The notes: generated by a model not told the origin, from the sequence alone. A stretch of DNA of 64,000 nucleotides from Akkermansiaceae bacterium (GCA_051251915.1 JBPOGF010000015.1:50951-114950), one strand, 5' to 3'. Shown: positions 10,003 through 20,756, counted from the stretch's first letter. Made by a program: numbers and translations.

Positions 10003-10718
10003 TTAAATTACTACTACTCACAGCTCTGACACTACCACTTTGTTGCCTAGCCCAAGAGAAATCTGACGACAACGCCCTCGTAAAACGCCTTCTCACGGAA
10101 GACCTAGGGACCAGATCATTTTTATTCTCCCAAGTAGTAGAAAGCTCTAGTGGTAAAAAAGTGCTCCCCTTCGATAAAGCAACGCCAAGCCATGCTGTTG
10201 CTCTAGCCCAAATCAAAATATCCATAGAAAAGGCGATCATCACCCTAAATAAACCTGACTCCCCTATTAAGAAACTCCGCAGAATCAATGAAGCGTCACG
10301 TTACTTTGAGGACATGCTCTTGATCGAAATAGCCAAGCATCCAGAACTCAACTGCACTGTCCCGCAGAACGCACAAGGTAAAGCTCAGCGTTCAGGCTAT
10401 CCAGACATGCGAATAGAGCACACTCCCAGCAAAACGGTATTCTACCTCGACCCTAAGCTCTATGAAAATAAGTCTAGGTCATCCAGCCTCCGCACATTCT
10501 ACTACGAGCCTAAAACCCGCACGATGAAGATCCAAGATGATGCCGTGCACCTACTACTAGGCATCAGCCACGATGGTGTCGATGGCGACTGGACATTCTT
10601 AAACTGGGAACTCGTGGACTTATCAAAATTTAAAGTCCGCTTGAAAGCTGAGTTTCAAGCGTCCAATAAAGATCTGTATCGCAAAGAAAACCTAATCGAA
10701 TCCTCCGCTACAGAATAA
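9999..10718 (+). CDS. Exported protein with putative PD-(D/E)xK nuclease fold
   Basis: Signal peptide MIKLLLLTALTLPLCCLA-QE; SGYPDMRI...FYLDPK; ATGA overlap with upstream gene. Confidence 0.6.
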   Translation: MIKLLLLTALTLPLCCLAQEKSDDNALVKRLLTEDLGTRSFLFSQVVESSSGKKVLPFDKATPSHAVALAQIKISIEKAIITLNKPDSPIKKLRRINEASRYFEDMLLIEIAKHPELNCTVPQNAQGKAQRSGYPDMRIEHTPSKTVFYLDPKLYENKSRSSSLRTFYYEPKTRTMKIQDDAVHLLLGISHDGVDGDWTFLNWELVDLSKFKVRLKAEFQASNKDLYRKENLIESSATE

Positions 10719-10722
10719 AACC

Positions 10723-11436
10723 TTACCTCCCTGGTTGAGCACCACTGACTTTAGATGGCTTATCAAATTCTAGATAAGTCGTGCCAGTCACTTTATTATC
10801 CTGTAGACTATCTACACGCATACGTTTAAGCGTGTATTCCTTGCCCACTTTCATGAGATCGGTGACTTGAAATTGCTTCAATGGATGACCAGCTGCGTTA
10901 TATCCGACCACGCGCATCAGCGCTCCATACTTCTGGTGAACCCATGCATATACAATGCGGTAGTCGCCAGATTGCCCCGGGTTGATGAGCCTTACTTTAT
11001 AACAATTCTGCCCACTAATTTTCTCCTCACCCACGATAGCACTATTCTGCCAGTAAAGGAATCTCATAGAAAGATCCTCGAATGATAAATCCGTCTTGTT
11101 GATCTTCTCTGCGAGTTTCGCATTACTAAACTTACGCGTCTTTGCTCCTACGATTTCAAGCAGATCAAATTGATTCTGCTTCAGGCGCATATGGAATCGG
11201 TAATCCTTACCACTCACCTTGTATTGAAACTGAATATTCTCACCTCTGAGGAACAGCGTCACAGGTGTCTGCCGTCCATCTTTTTTCATATGCCCGTGAA
11301 GATCTTGATGCTGGAGAGTAGCGGCGAATCTTGCTCCTCGGAGAACTTTCTCCGCTGCTTCATCTGCATACGCGGACATCGTGCTGAGAGCTGACATTGT
11401 GGCGACTACCATCGTGGTAAACAACTTGTTTTTCAT
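10723..11436 (-). CDS. Outer-membrane lipoprotein-sorting protein (LolA-like fold)
   Basis: Signal peptide (AYA-DE); TDLSFEDL and GEEKISGQNCYKV motifs. Confidence 0.75.
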   Translation of the reverse strand: MKNKLFTTMVVATMSALSTMSAYADEAAEKVLRGARFAATLQHQDLHGHMKKDGRQTPVTLFLRGENIQFQYKVSGKDYRFHMRLKQNQFDLLEIVGAKTRKFSNAKLAEKINKTDLSFEDLSMRFLYWQNSAIVGEEKISGQNCYKVRLINPGQSGDYRIVYAWVHQKYGALMRVVGYNAAGHPLKQFQVTDLMKVGKEYTLKRMRVDSLQDNKVTGTTYLEFDKPSKVSGAQPGR

Positions 11437-11543
11437 GCTAGAAAAGTAACACTTCATACTCATATGACAACTAGAAGTTCAGAATTATTCATTCAGATTC
11501 ACTTTTTTCTTCATCATCTCTCATAGCCTCCTAATATGCCCAC

Positions 11544-13175
11544 ATGTCCACACCAGAATTTCACTATCAAAAACCCTTTCCTCTCGGTCCAGATAAAACT
11601 GAATATGAACTCATCAGCACCGAAGGCATCTCTGTAGAAAAACTCGGTGATCGAGAAATCCTCACAGTGAGCAAGGAAGCGATCACTCATTTGGCGAACG
11701 AAGGCTCTAAAGAAATCTGCTTTAAACTCCGTTCTGGACACTTGAAACAAGTAGCAGCCATCCTAGATGACCCTGAGGCCACCGATAATGACAGAATGAT
11801 GGCTCTCACCCTGCTGAGAAATGCAGAGATTGCGGCAAAAGGAATTTTACCGAACTGCCAAGACACAGGCACAGCTATAGTCATGGCTAAAAAAGGTGAA
11901 AATGTTTACACCGGGTTCAACGATGCAGAAGCCATTTCACACGGCATCTATAAGACCTACACTGAGGAAAACTTGCGCTACTCACAAGCCATGCCTCTCA
12001 CCATGTATGAAGAAGTAAACTCTAGGACCAACCTTCCCGCCCAGATCGACCTCTACGCCACACCAGGTAATGAATATGAATTCCTCTTCATCTCCAAAGG
12101 CGGAGGCTCCGCTAACAAGACATTTCTATATCAAGAAACAAAGGCGCTGCTGAACCCAAATACACTCAAGTCATTCTGCGTAGCTAAAATGGCGACACTA
12201 GGAACCTCAGCCTGCCCACCTTATCACATCGCTATCGTTATTGGCGGCACCTCAGCAGAGACCTGCCTCAAGACAGTGAAAATGGCATCTACTCGCTATT
12301 ATGATGAACTCCCCACTACAGGAAACGAACACGGACAAGCATTCCGCGATGTTGAACTGGAAAAGGAATTGTTAGAGTTATCTCGTGACATTGGCATCGG
12401 CGCCCAGTTCGGGGGCAAGAACTTTGCACTAGATGTTAGAGTGATCCGTCTACCTCGCCACGGCGCCTCATGTCCAGTAGGGATCGGCGTTTCATGCTCA
12501 GCAGACAGACAGGCAAAGGCTAAAATCACCAAGGACGGCATCTTCCTTGAAAAACTAGAGTCTAATCCTGGGCAATTCATTCCAGATAAATACCGTGATT
12601 GGAAATTTAATGGTGTCAAAATTGATCTAGATCAAGGCATGGAGAAAACTCTAGCCACACTCACCAAATACCCAGTTACCACTGCCCTTTCATTGAGTGG
12701 AACCATCATAGTTGCGCGAGATAGCGCACACGCCAAACTCTTAGAAATGTTAGAATCTGGTCAAGGACTTCCAGACTACGTCAAAGATTTCCCTATCTAT
12801 TATGCAGGCCCTGCGAAGAAGCCAGAAGGCATGGCATCAGGCTCATTTGGTCCTACCACAGCTGGAAGAATGGATGCTTATGTGCCTGTCTTCCAAGAAC
12901 AAGGAGCCTCAATGGTAATGCTAGCAAAAGGCAACCGATCTCAGATGGTGACCGATGCCTGCAACAAATACGGAGGCTTCTATCTTGGATCAATGGGCGG
13001 CCCAGCTGCCATCCTTGCAAGAGACCATATTAAATCCGTAGAAGTGGTCGATTTCCCAGAGCTAGGCATGGAAGCGGTATGGAAAATCCGCGTAGAAGAT
13101 TTCCCTGCATTCATTCTAGTCGATGACAAAGGCAATGATTTCTTCCAAACAATCAATTCTTGTCCTGCTTGCTAG
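11544..13175 (+). CDS. fumA: Fumarate hydratase class I (Fe-S)
   Basis: [38 protein letters not shown]. Confidence 0.96.
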   Translation: MSTPEFHYQKPFPLGPDKTEYELISTEGISVEKLGDREILTVSKEAITHLANEGSKEICFKLRSGHLKQVAAILDDPEATDNDRMMALTLLRNAEIAAKGILPNCQDTGTAIVMAKKGENVYTGFNDAEAISHGIYKTYTEENLRYSQAMPLTMYEEVNSRTNLPAQIDLYATPGNEYEFLFISKGGGSANKTFLYQETKALLNPNTLKSFCVAKMATLGTSACPPYHIAIVIGGTSAETCLKTVKMASTRYYDELPTTGNEHGQAFRDVELEKELLELSRDIGIGAQFGGKNFALDVRVIRLPRHGASCPVGIGVSCSADRQAKAKITKDGIFLEKLESNPGQFIPDKYRDWKFNGVKIDLDQGMEKTLATLTKYPVTTALSLSGTIIVARDSAHAKLLEMLESGQGLPDYVKDFPIYYAGPAKKPEGMASGSFGPTTAGRMDAYVPVFQEQGASMVMLAKGNRSQMVTDACNKYGGFYLGSMGGPAAILARDHIKSVEVVDFPELGMEAVWKIRVEDFPAFILVDDKGNDFFQTINSCPAC

Positions 13176-13219
13176 GAATTTGCCTTTCATTATCTGAATT
13201 TCTGTCATAGTTTCCCGAC

Positions 13220-14233
13220 ATGAGCTGCGCTGGACCAAGAATGAAGATGGACCCTACTCTCCACACGGATAAAAAGCCGTCATGGATTAAGGTTCGCTTG
13301 CCGAATAATCCCGTATTCTGGGATACTAAATCCATGATCAAAGACCTGAACCTCGTCACTGTTTGTGAAGAGGCTCAGTGCCCTAACCGATGGGAATGCT
13401 GGGGTCAAGGAACTGCCACGTTCATGATCGCTGGTGATAAATGCACCCGCGCATGTGGATTCTGTGCTGTTAAAACAGCCAAGCCAGACGCCCTAGAAGA
13501 CGATGAACCAATGCGTGTGGCAGAAGCTACCAAGCGCATGAGCCTCAAGCACGTGGTCATCACTGCCGTAGCCCGAGACGATCTCAAGGATGGAGGTGCC
13601 GAGCACTTCAACCGTACGATCTCTGCCGTGCGCGCACTGAACCCAGGAATCATCATCGAAGTCCTCGTTCCTGATTTCAACGACCGCGACTGGGCACTCC
13701 AACTATGCATGGACGCCCGCCCACACATCTTTAACCACAATCTAGAAACAGTCGAACGTCTCACTCCCCTCGTCCGAAGTAGAGCAAAATACTGGCGTTC
13801 ACTCGCCGTGCTCAAGAAAGCTGGCGAAATGGTAAACGGTAAGGTTTCAGTCAAGTCTGGCATCATGCTAGGACTCGGTGAAACCCACGAGGAAATCCTC
13901 AAAGCAATGGATGACCTCTTAGACCATAAAGTCACCGTCCTAACACTTGGACAGTATCTCCGGCCTACACCACGTCACTTGCCAGTAGTAGATTACATCA
14001 AACCAGAGTATTTTGATGAACTCAAGCAAATCGCTCTCGATAAAGGATTCCGTCACGTAGCTAGTGGACCTCTAGTTAGATCATCCTACCACGCAGCAGA
14101 TTTCCGTCCTGAGCTAGATGTTTTAGACGACATCGAAGCCGACCTTCGTGGCACGACTGAGCTAGAACTAAAGCCTAGCGATCTCCCTATTCCATCAGCA
14201 TCTGGAGAAGTAGTGAAATCCACGCTTGGCTAG
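13220..14233 (+). CDS. lipA: Lipoyl synthase
   Basis: CEEAQCPNRWEC, CTRACGFC, RSSY. Confidence 0.98.
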   Translation: MSCAGPRMKMDPTLHTDKKPSWIKVRLPNNPVFWDTKSMIKDLNLVTVCEEAQCPNRWECWGQGTATFMIAGDKCTRACGFCAVKTAKPDALEDDEPMRVAEATKRMSLKHVVITAVARDDLKDGGAEHFNRTISAVRALNPGIIIEVLVPDFNDRDWALQLCMDARPHIFNHNLETVERLTPLVRSRAKYWRSLAVLKKAGEMVNGKVSVKSGIMLGLGETHEEILKAMDDLLDHKVTVLTLGQYLRPTPRHLPVVDYIKPEYFDELKQIALDKGFRHVASGPLVRSSYHAADFRPELDVLDDIEADLRGTTELELKPSDLPIPSASGEVVKSTLG

Positions 14234-14249
14234 AGAAATTTCAGATCCT

Positions 14250-14876
14250 ATGAAAACATCAGCACCACCTACGGGAGCTCCCCTCTGGCTCCCTGTGGTG
14301 ATAGGAAACATTATCCCTCTCATTGGGGTGTTATTTCTCAATTGGAGCCTCCCTCAAATTGTCATCCTTTATTGGATCGAAAACCTCATCCTCGGATTCT
14401 GGAATGTTCCGCGGATCATTCTTTCTGGAAGTTCAGGCAAACTAAAAAACATCCCACTAGCCCTGTTCTTCATCGTCCACTACGGGATATTCTGCTCAGT
14501 TCACGGTGTGTTCATCATGGGATTAGTAAATTACTCATCAGGTAATTCCTTCAGCTCCACAAGATCTGAAATGGCAGACTACGCAGGCACAGGCTTAATC
14601 CTTGGTGCGTTGATCATGTTTATCTCTATCGGCTGGGATTTCTTTTCCAGTTACATAAAGAACGGTGAATACAAAAAATGGACCCAACAGAAAGCAATGA
14701 TGCACCCCTATGCCCACATCCTCGTAATCCATTTCGCCATTCTCATCGCTGGATTCGCCACTGTAGCCCTAGGCTCACCACTCATTCTCCTCCTAGCCCT
14801 CATCGTAGGCAAAACATTTATCGAGCTCAAAAGCCGCCAGAAAAAACTTACCTCTAGCTCTAAAACTTACCTCTAG
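14250..14876 (+). CDS. Membrane protein (DUF6498-like)
   Basis: NIIPLIGVLFLNW, LYWIEN, FFIVHYGIFCSVHG, PY..I..H motifs; several TM helices. Confidence 0.65.
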   Translation: MKTSAPPTGAPLWLPVVIGNIIPLIGVLFLNWSLPQIVILYWIENLILGFWNVPRIILSGSSGKLKNIPLALFFIVHYGIFCSVHGVFIMGLVNYSSGNSFSSTRSEMADYAGTGLILGALIMFISIGWDFFSSYIKNGEYKKWTQQKAMMHPYAHILVIHFAILIAGFATVALGSPLILLLALIVGKTFIELKSRQKKLTSSSKTYL

Positions 14877-14877
14877 T

Positions 14878-15240
14878 TTAAGCTAGTTTAGCCTGTATCC
14901 GCTCACGATCCGCTTTCTTAAGGCTTTGCACCACTAACCTTAACGATTCAACGATCATTTCCTCGATTAGCTTACTAGGAACGGATCCGTCCAGTGTCAC
15001 GGTATTCCAATGCTTTTTGTTCATATGGTAACCGGGCTTCACTGCATCATACTCATCACGCAGCTCAAGAGCTCTATCCGGATCACATTTGAGATTAACC
15101 GCTGTAGGAAACGAATCAGGACTAGTGAGCGCAAACATCTTCCCACAAACTTTATAGACTAAAGTATCAGGACCAAATGGAGACGTCTCCTCCACCTCCG
15201 GATAGGACATGCATTGTTGAATTAATTGATCTAGGTCCAT
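14878..15240 (-). CDS. MmcQ/YjbR family DNA-binding protein
   Basis: PFGPDTLVYKVCGKMFA, NLKCDP, PGYHMNKKHWNTV. Confidence 0.93.
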   Translation of the reverse strand: MDLDQLIQQCMSYPEVEETSPFGPDTLVYKVCGKMFALTSPDSFPTAVNLKCDPDRALELRDEYDAVKPGYHMNKKHWNTVTLDGSVPSKLIEEMIVESLRLVVQSLKKADRERIQAKLA

Positions 15241-15346
15241 AGTCCTCGGTACTATAAAAATCACATCTCATGAAAAAAGAGATTATTTAATACAGAAATA
15301 CTAAGTTATTAGCGAATAACAATTTATATTCGAACTTCTAAAAACA

Positions 15347-15382
15347 AGAAAGTCCACATATCAAAGTGGACTTTCTCTTTTT
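15347..15382. terminator. Intrinsic terminator downstream of the PEP-CTERM gene
   Basis: agaaagtccac...gtggactttct stem flanked by A and T tracts. Confidence 0.75.
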
Positions 15383-15399
15383 TAATTAAATACTGAATC

Positions 15400-16131
15400 T
15401 TATCGCTTGCGTCTCAACAGGAAACCTGCAGAACCTAAAATCAGAAGACCAGCGCTTGATGGCTCAGGTACTTTTGACTCAGAAAAGGCAATGCTATCAA
15501 TTGCTCCACTTTCGATATTAAAGTCAATCGATGCAATATTCTTTATGCCTAGATAGTCAGCAGTAATACCGCTGAAGTTGTTCGCGAAATTATTACCAAA
15601 AGCAGCACTACCGTCAAAAGCTAGTAGATCTGATGGCTTCCATGTTTCAAATCCCCCAAAGGAGTCCCTGAACACAATCGAAACTGCGCTTCTAGCATTT
15701 TCTGGAGTGTCATAGAGACTGAACCCCACTGTATCAACATACAGACTAGAAAAGGACACAGTTATTGTTCCTCCGTCACCTTGATCGCTTGGGTTATCAA
15801 TGATGTTATCACCATTTTTATCGGTAATGTTTTCAGCGATTATTAAAGCATTTCCAGGTTTTGTTCCTTCAAGATTTCCTCCTTTAAATGGAATTTCAAG
15901 ATCAGGGTCTGCACCACCTGTATTATTAGTACTATAAATGGCAAGTTGATCGTAGATTCCTTTAGAATCAACAGAAAATGTAACTCCCTGAGAGCTATAT
16001 TCTGATCCACTGAAAAAACTTCCATGTTGTAGACCTGTGGCCTTATCGTCAAATGTTATCACCGTCTGACCTGAAGCTATTCCTGCTGCTCCTGCCATCG
16101 ATAATAGTGTTATAGTTATTTTATTTCTCAT
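15400..16131 (-). CDS. PEP-CTERM sorting-domain surface protein
   Basis: Signal peptide; C-terminal VPEPSS, TM helix, RRKR. Confidence 0.93.
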   Translation of the reverse strand: MRNKITITLLSMAGAAGIASGQTVITFDDKATGLQHGSFFSGSEYSSQGVTFSVDSKGIYDQLAIYSTNNTGGADPDLEIPFKGGNLEGTKPGNALIIAENITDKNGDNIIDNPSDQGDGGTITVSFSSLYVDTVGFSLYDTPENARSAVSIVFRDSFGGFETWKPSDLLAFDGSAAFGNNFANNFSGITADYLGIKNIASIDFNIESGAIDSIAFSESKVPEPSSAGLLILGSAGFLLRRKR

Positions 16132-16763
16132 AATTGATGTATTATATTTTTTAGTTAGGGGAGATAGCTCATCGTCGAGAAGACATGATCATTCTTATGA
16201 AACGATCAATATAGCTCTCAGAAGCTCTTTCTATGGGGTGCTAATCAAACTTATTTCATCACTTGTTGATGAATATTTGTTAACAACGTGTATTATAAAG
16301 TTGATTGAATGTATCACACAAGAATTAGCACGAACTCTTAAGAAAACCATAAATTAACAACTAGTTTAAAAACACAAAACACACTTAATATAAGCAAGTA
16401 ACAACACTGTTAAATATATCACAAGGCTGCCTATCAAGAAGGCTATGTATTCATCATAAATGAATCATTCAGCAATACACAATATAACAGCTAGTAAGTC
16501 AAAAGAGTATTTATAGCCAAAGATACTGAGTCAGCGTTCCTCTATGCATGGAAACGTATTAACTTACCAACAATTCGCACAACTAACCTTTTAAACAATC
16601 ACGCAACAGACGAAATCTATTTCATTAACTTACTCATTAGATGTGTTTTATCAGCAGAAGAACAAGCCTAGAAGATACCTAACAAACTGAAAAATAGTTA
16701 ATACACGAACTTAGTGATTATTTTATGCAATATTGAAAGAAAATCTCCACCTCCCAAGAGCAT

Positions 16764-17687
16764 CTACTTAAAATCACTGGAACCTTCCAAGCTCTTTTTT
16801 CTACGGTGAATCGCCTTCATGATCACTCCGTCGGCAGGACCGAACATCCAGGCGATGAGAAATAATATCGTGCCCGCAATCACCACTCCTGCAGACTCTT
16901 TCCCGTTGAAGGCTACACTAATATAAATGCCCGCGATGGAAGATATCAGTGCGTGGATAGCGGAAAGAACTAACATCAATTTCAACCTATGAGTGCAGAG
17001 ATACGCAGTAGCTCCAGGTAAAACCAGCAGCGCAATCACTAGGATAGCTCCTACGGCTTCAAACGCCGAAACGACAACCACAGATAGCACAGCCATCAGA
17101 GCATAATGAACGGTTCCTGGCTTATACCCAAACGAAGCCGCCAGCCCTGCATCAAATGAACTCAAAGTAAGGATACGGTAAAATATCACAATCAATATCA
17201 CTGTGATAATGGCAACTACTACCGCTGGAAAAATTGAGTCTGGCACATCGAATCCCATAAAATCGATCGTCTTCGTATAAGCCACATGGGAAACATTCCC
17301 TTCCAAGACACAGTCTTGATCCAGATGAACTTTATCTCCAATAAGAAACCTGATCAGCACTAAACCAAGCGCAAACAGCGAAGTGAACGCAATCCCTATA
17401 GCCGAGTCTTGCTTTATCCGTGTGCGTCGATGGATCTGTTCGATAAGAAATGTCACTAATACTCCAGCGAAAGCCGCACCCACAAGCAACCAAGGAGAAG
17501 ATAAATCGCCCACAAAAGCAAACGCCACTACAATACCAGGCAAAGCACTATGCGAGATAGCGTCCCCCACTAAAGACATCCTGCGTAAAATCAGAAAAGC
17601 TCCTAAAAGAGCACAAGGAAGCGCCACGAAAAAGCACATCATCATCATCCAACCCCACGGGTCTAAGCTAAGTAATGAAGCCATCAT
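16764..17687 (-). CDS. Mn/Zn/Fe ABC transporter permease (TroD/MntD type)
   Basis: LVGDAISHSALPG, DSAIG, VGAILVIALL. Confidence 0.93.
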   Translation of the reverse strand: MMASLLSLDPWGWMMMMCFFVALPCALLGAFLILRRMSLVGDAISHSALPGIVVAFAFVGDLSSPWLLVGAAFAGVLVTFLIEQIHRRTRIKQDSAIGIAFTSLFALGLVLIRFLIGDKVHLDQDCVLEGNVSHVAYTKTIDFMGFDVPDSIFPAVVVAIITVILIVIFYRILTLSSFDAGLAASFGYKPGTVHYALMAVLSVVVVSAFEAVGAILVIALLVLPGATAYLCTHRLKLMLVLSAIHALISSIAGIYISVAFNGKESAGVVIAGTILFLIAWMFGPADGVIMKAIHRRKKSLEGSSDFK

Positions 17688-17688
17688 T

Positions 17689-19023
17689 TTAGTATCCAGT
17701 CTCCTCCAGTTTTCCTTTAGGTTGTTCCATCTTCAATGCGGTCTCTAGACTAGGAATAGGTTTTCCATGTGGATCGAACGCAGGAAAATTAAGATCGCGC
17801 TCTAACTTGCGAACATCCTCGGCTCCTAATATGTGTTCTATCTTCTCAGCGTCTTCGTGAACGTGATCAGCAGCATAGTCAGCTTGATCTGTTAGGTAGA
17901 GTTCCCACAACCGATGGTTTCTGACTATCTCTACCGCACGGCGCCAACCCGACGCTGTTAGGTAAAGCGCAGTCTTACCTTCTTCCCACGTTGCTTCTTT
18001 ATTCTTAACTAGATCTTTGCCGTCCTGAACTACTTCTTCCACTGACAGTTTCCTTACCTCTGCTAATTGCACCACCCCCACTCCTGTAGCTTTAAAACCT
18101 TCATTCTCAATGATCCTGTAAATCGCCTTTAGTGTGTTCTCCCTATGGACACGTGACTTCCTCCCCGCATGACGTAAAAATTTAGCTAAAATTCCATGCT
18201 GCGGTGCAAAGAAATACGTAATTGCAAAAATAAGCGAGCCAAACAGGGTAATCATCGGGCCAGACTGAAATCGCATATCTAAAGTCGCTATCCACCAGCC
18301 ACCAAGTGCGGCACAGGTCCCTAAAAGAACTGAAAGACCTAACATTTTTTGAATCCTATCCGTGAGTAGATATGCAGTTGCCGCCGGAGTAATGAGCATA
18401 GCTGAAACAAGAATCACACCCACGGCCTGCATCGCTACTACTACTGCAAAGGCTAGTAACCCGAAGAACAATGCGTTCAGTAACTTCACCGGATACCCTA
18501 ACCCAATAGCAAAACCCTCATCGAAACTTAGCACACGAAATGGTCTTAGAAAGAGGAATATCAATGCACTGACCACACCAGTAGACCCTAGCATCAGCCA
18601 CAAGTCAGCATCCGAGATCGTAGTTAAATCACCGAATAGAAAACTATCTACACCAGCTAGTTGCTGTGTAGAATTCCAAAAAACACCAATAGCAAAAAAT
18701 GAAGCTAAAACTATCCCTAACGCCGCATCGGACTTGAGCCGAGTACTATTCACAATTGCACGCACCACGATCACCCCTAGCAAGCCCGCTATGAAAGCAC
18801 AAAGAAAAATAATCCAAGGGTCACGCTCATCAGACCAAATAAAACCCGCCACCACCCCAGGAAAAACAGCATGAGAAATAGCATCCCCCACTAGAGCCAC
18901 TCGTCTAACAACGACGAAACAACCTAATAAACCACAACAAATCCCCACACAGATCGCCGCTATGGGAGCCTTTTGTCCTAGCGTAAGAGCCAAGTATAAC
19001 CCTATATCTAACATCGCTTCCAT
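17689..19023 (-). CDS. Metal ABC permease (TroC/MntC type) fused to a C-terminal DtxR/MntR-like domain
   Basis: Permease motif VGDAISHAVFPG; C-terminal ENTLKAIY...RNHRLWELYL...HEDAEKIEH...DPHGKPIP. Confidence 0.92.
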   Translation of the reverse strand: MEAMLDIGLYLALTLGQKAPIAAICVGICCGLLGCFVVVRRVALVGDAISHAVFPGVVAGFIWSDERDPWIIFLCAFIAGLLGVIVVRAIVNSTRLKSDAALGIVLASFFAIGVFWNSTQQLAGVDSFLFGDLTTISDADLWLMLGSTGVVSALIFLFLRPFRVLSFDEGFAIGLGYPVKLLNALFFGLLAFAVVVAMQAVGVILVSAMLITPAATAYLLTDRIQKMLGLSVLLGTCAALGGWWIATLDMRFQSGPMITLFGSLIFAITYFFAPQHGILAKFLRHAGRKSRVHRENTLKAIYRIIENEGFKATGVGVVQLAEVRKLSVEEVVQDGKDLVKNKEATWEEGKTALYLTASGWRRAVEIVRNHRLWELYLTDQADYAADHVHEDAEKIEHILGAEDVRKLERDLNFPAFDPHGKPIPSLETALKMEQPKGKLEETGY

Positions 19024-19026
19024 CGT

Positions 19027-19797
19027 CTATAAATCATGACTGGCTTCTGGTATTTTAGCTGCTTGATCAGCCACTTCATCAAGAATGGTGAGCCTCCCTC
19101 CGTAAGTTTTCTGAAGAAGCTCGGTATTATACATCTCCTCAGTCTTCCCGTAGGCTACAAGCCGCATATTAAGTAACAACAAGTGATCAAAATACTCGCG
19201 AGCCGTCTGTAAATCATGATGGACTACCAACACTGTTTTCCCATTTTCACGCATCTCTTTCAGCAAAGCAATAATCGCAGATTCTGTAGCAGCATCCACC
19301 CCTGTGAAGGGCTCATCCATAAAATACAAATCACTATCCTGCGCCAGTGCTCTAGCTAAGAATACACGCTGTTGCTGACCTCCTGAGAGGTTACCAATCT
19401 GGCGTTTTGCGAATGGTAACATGCCCACTTTATCGAGCGCTTCAGAAGCAATTATCTTCTCTCGCTTACCCACTCGCCCAAACAAACCCAGTTTCCCGTA
19501 TGTCCCCATCAGGGCTACATCCATCACCGTCACCGGAAAGTCCCAGTCCACACTCTCACGCTGAGGAACATACCCCACTCGATGTAAATTTTCCTGCAGC
19601 GGCTTGCCAAAAACTTTCACCCACCCACCAGAGATAGGCACCACCCCCATGATGGATTTAATAAGCGTGGATTTCCCCGCACCATTAGGCCCAATAATCC
19701 CCACCAAACTCCCCTCCTCAACTTCCACATCCACACCGTAGAGCACAGGACGTTTGTGGTAAGTCACCGTGAGATCATGTGCTTCTAACGCGATCAT
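19027..19797 (-). CDS. Metal ABC transporter ATP-binding protein (TroB/MntB type)
   Basis: GPNGAGKST, YVPQR, LSGGQQQR, DEP, HHDL. Confidence 0.95.
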   Translation of the reverse strand: MIALEAHDLTVTYHKRPVLYGVDVEVEEGSLVGIIGPNGAGKSTLIKSIMGVVPISGGWVKVFGKPLQENLHRVGYVPQRESVDWDFPVTVMDVALMGTYGKLGLFGRVGKREKIIASEALDKVGMLPFAKRQIGNLSGGQQQRVFLARALAQDSDLYFMDEPFTGVDAATESAIIALLKEMRENGKTVLVVHHDLQTAREYFDHLLLLNMRLVAYGKTEEMYNTELLQKTYGGRLTILDEVADQAAKIPEASHDL

Positions 19798-20756
19798 TTT
19801 AAGCCCTCCACCATTGCGTTGACGTTATGCTTGATCATCCCAATGTAAGTTCCCACATCATACGTCTCGCCATTAACTGTCTCCATTTCTCCTAGTTTAC
19901 CCGTGGCATCAGCAAAGAGTTCATGCTCAGATACAACAACACCCGCATCTTTAGCGATAGCTGCTATACCTTTGCTGTTCGCAGCACTCTCAGGAAATAT
20001 CATCTTAAGTTGCTTTTCTTTAATGAACTCCACCAGATCACTCACCTTCTTAGGTCCACCTTTATCCCCAGGAGCAAGCCCATCAATAGCCCTCACCTCA
20101 AAACCAAACGCTCTAGCATAATACATGAAAGCATCATGACTTGTGACCAAGATCCTCTGCTCAGCTGGTATCTCACTAAGTCGCTTGCGAACCCACAGAT
20201 CCAATGCCAATAAATCCTTCTGATAAACCTTACCTCTAGCCTCATACTCTTCCTTATTAGCTGGATCTTTCTCCGCCATTCTACTTACCACCACAGATAT
20301 AGTCTTCGCCCAAAGTGTAGGGTCTCCCCATACGTGAGGATCAGCATAGGCACTATATTCTTCTTCAGGTATGATGAGTTCAGCCTTATCAAGTTGGCTC
20401 GTAACAGCATGAGCGTATTCCAATTTCTCTAAATTCTCCTGCAACTTTTCTTCCAAATGCAAACCACTATAAAAAATAAGATCCGCTGACTTGAGTGCCA
20501 TCATATCTGTAGGTCGCCCTACATAACTATGTGGATCTATCCCCTCACCCATTAATCCATAAACCTCTACTTCATCACCACCAACAACCCTAACCAGATC
20601 TTGCACCATCGATGTAGTTGCGGCTACCTTAAGCTTCCCCCCTGCATCGTAAGCTTCTGTCTCAGACCAAACGTCATTTACTTTCTGATCACCACAACCA
20701 ATCAAAGTTAGCAAAGAAAGAATCAGACTACCCCATAGATAATGATATTTTTTCAT
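19794..20756 (-). CDS. Metal ABC transporter substrate-binding lipoprotein (TroA/MntA type)
   Basis: Lipobox LIGC; DPHSY, DPHVW, TSHDAF, FADA ligands. Confidence 0.94.
   Translation of the reverse strand: MKKYHYLWGSLILSLLTLIGCGDQKVNDVWSETEAYDAGGKLKVAATTSMVQDLVRVVGGDEVEVYGLMGEGIDPHSYVGRPTDMMALKSADLIFYSGLHLEEKLQENLEKLEYAHAVTSQLDKAELIIPEEEYSAYADPHVWGDPTLWAKTISVVVSRMAEKDPANKEEYEARGKVYQKDLLALDLWVRKRLSEIPAEQRILVTSHDAFMYYARAFGFEVRAIDGLAPGDKGGPKKVSDLVEFIKEKQLKMIFPESAANSKGIAAIAKDAGVVVSEHELFADATGKLGEMETVNGETYDVGTYIGMIKHNVNAMVEGLK

Noticed and set aside
13405..13935. Long antisense ORFs (here and e.g. 18362-18874, 33960-34490, 59657-60130)
   Set aside because: They mirror well-supported genes, have no motifs, and are explained by codon bias.
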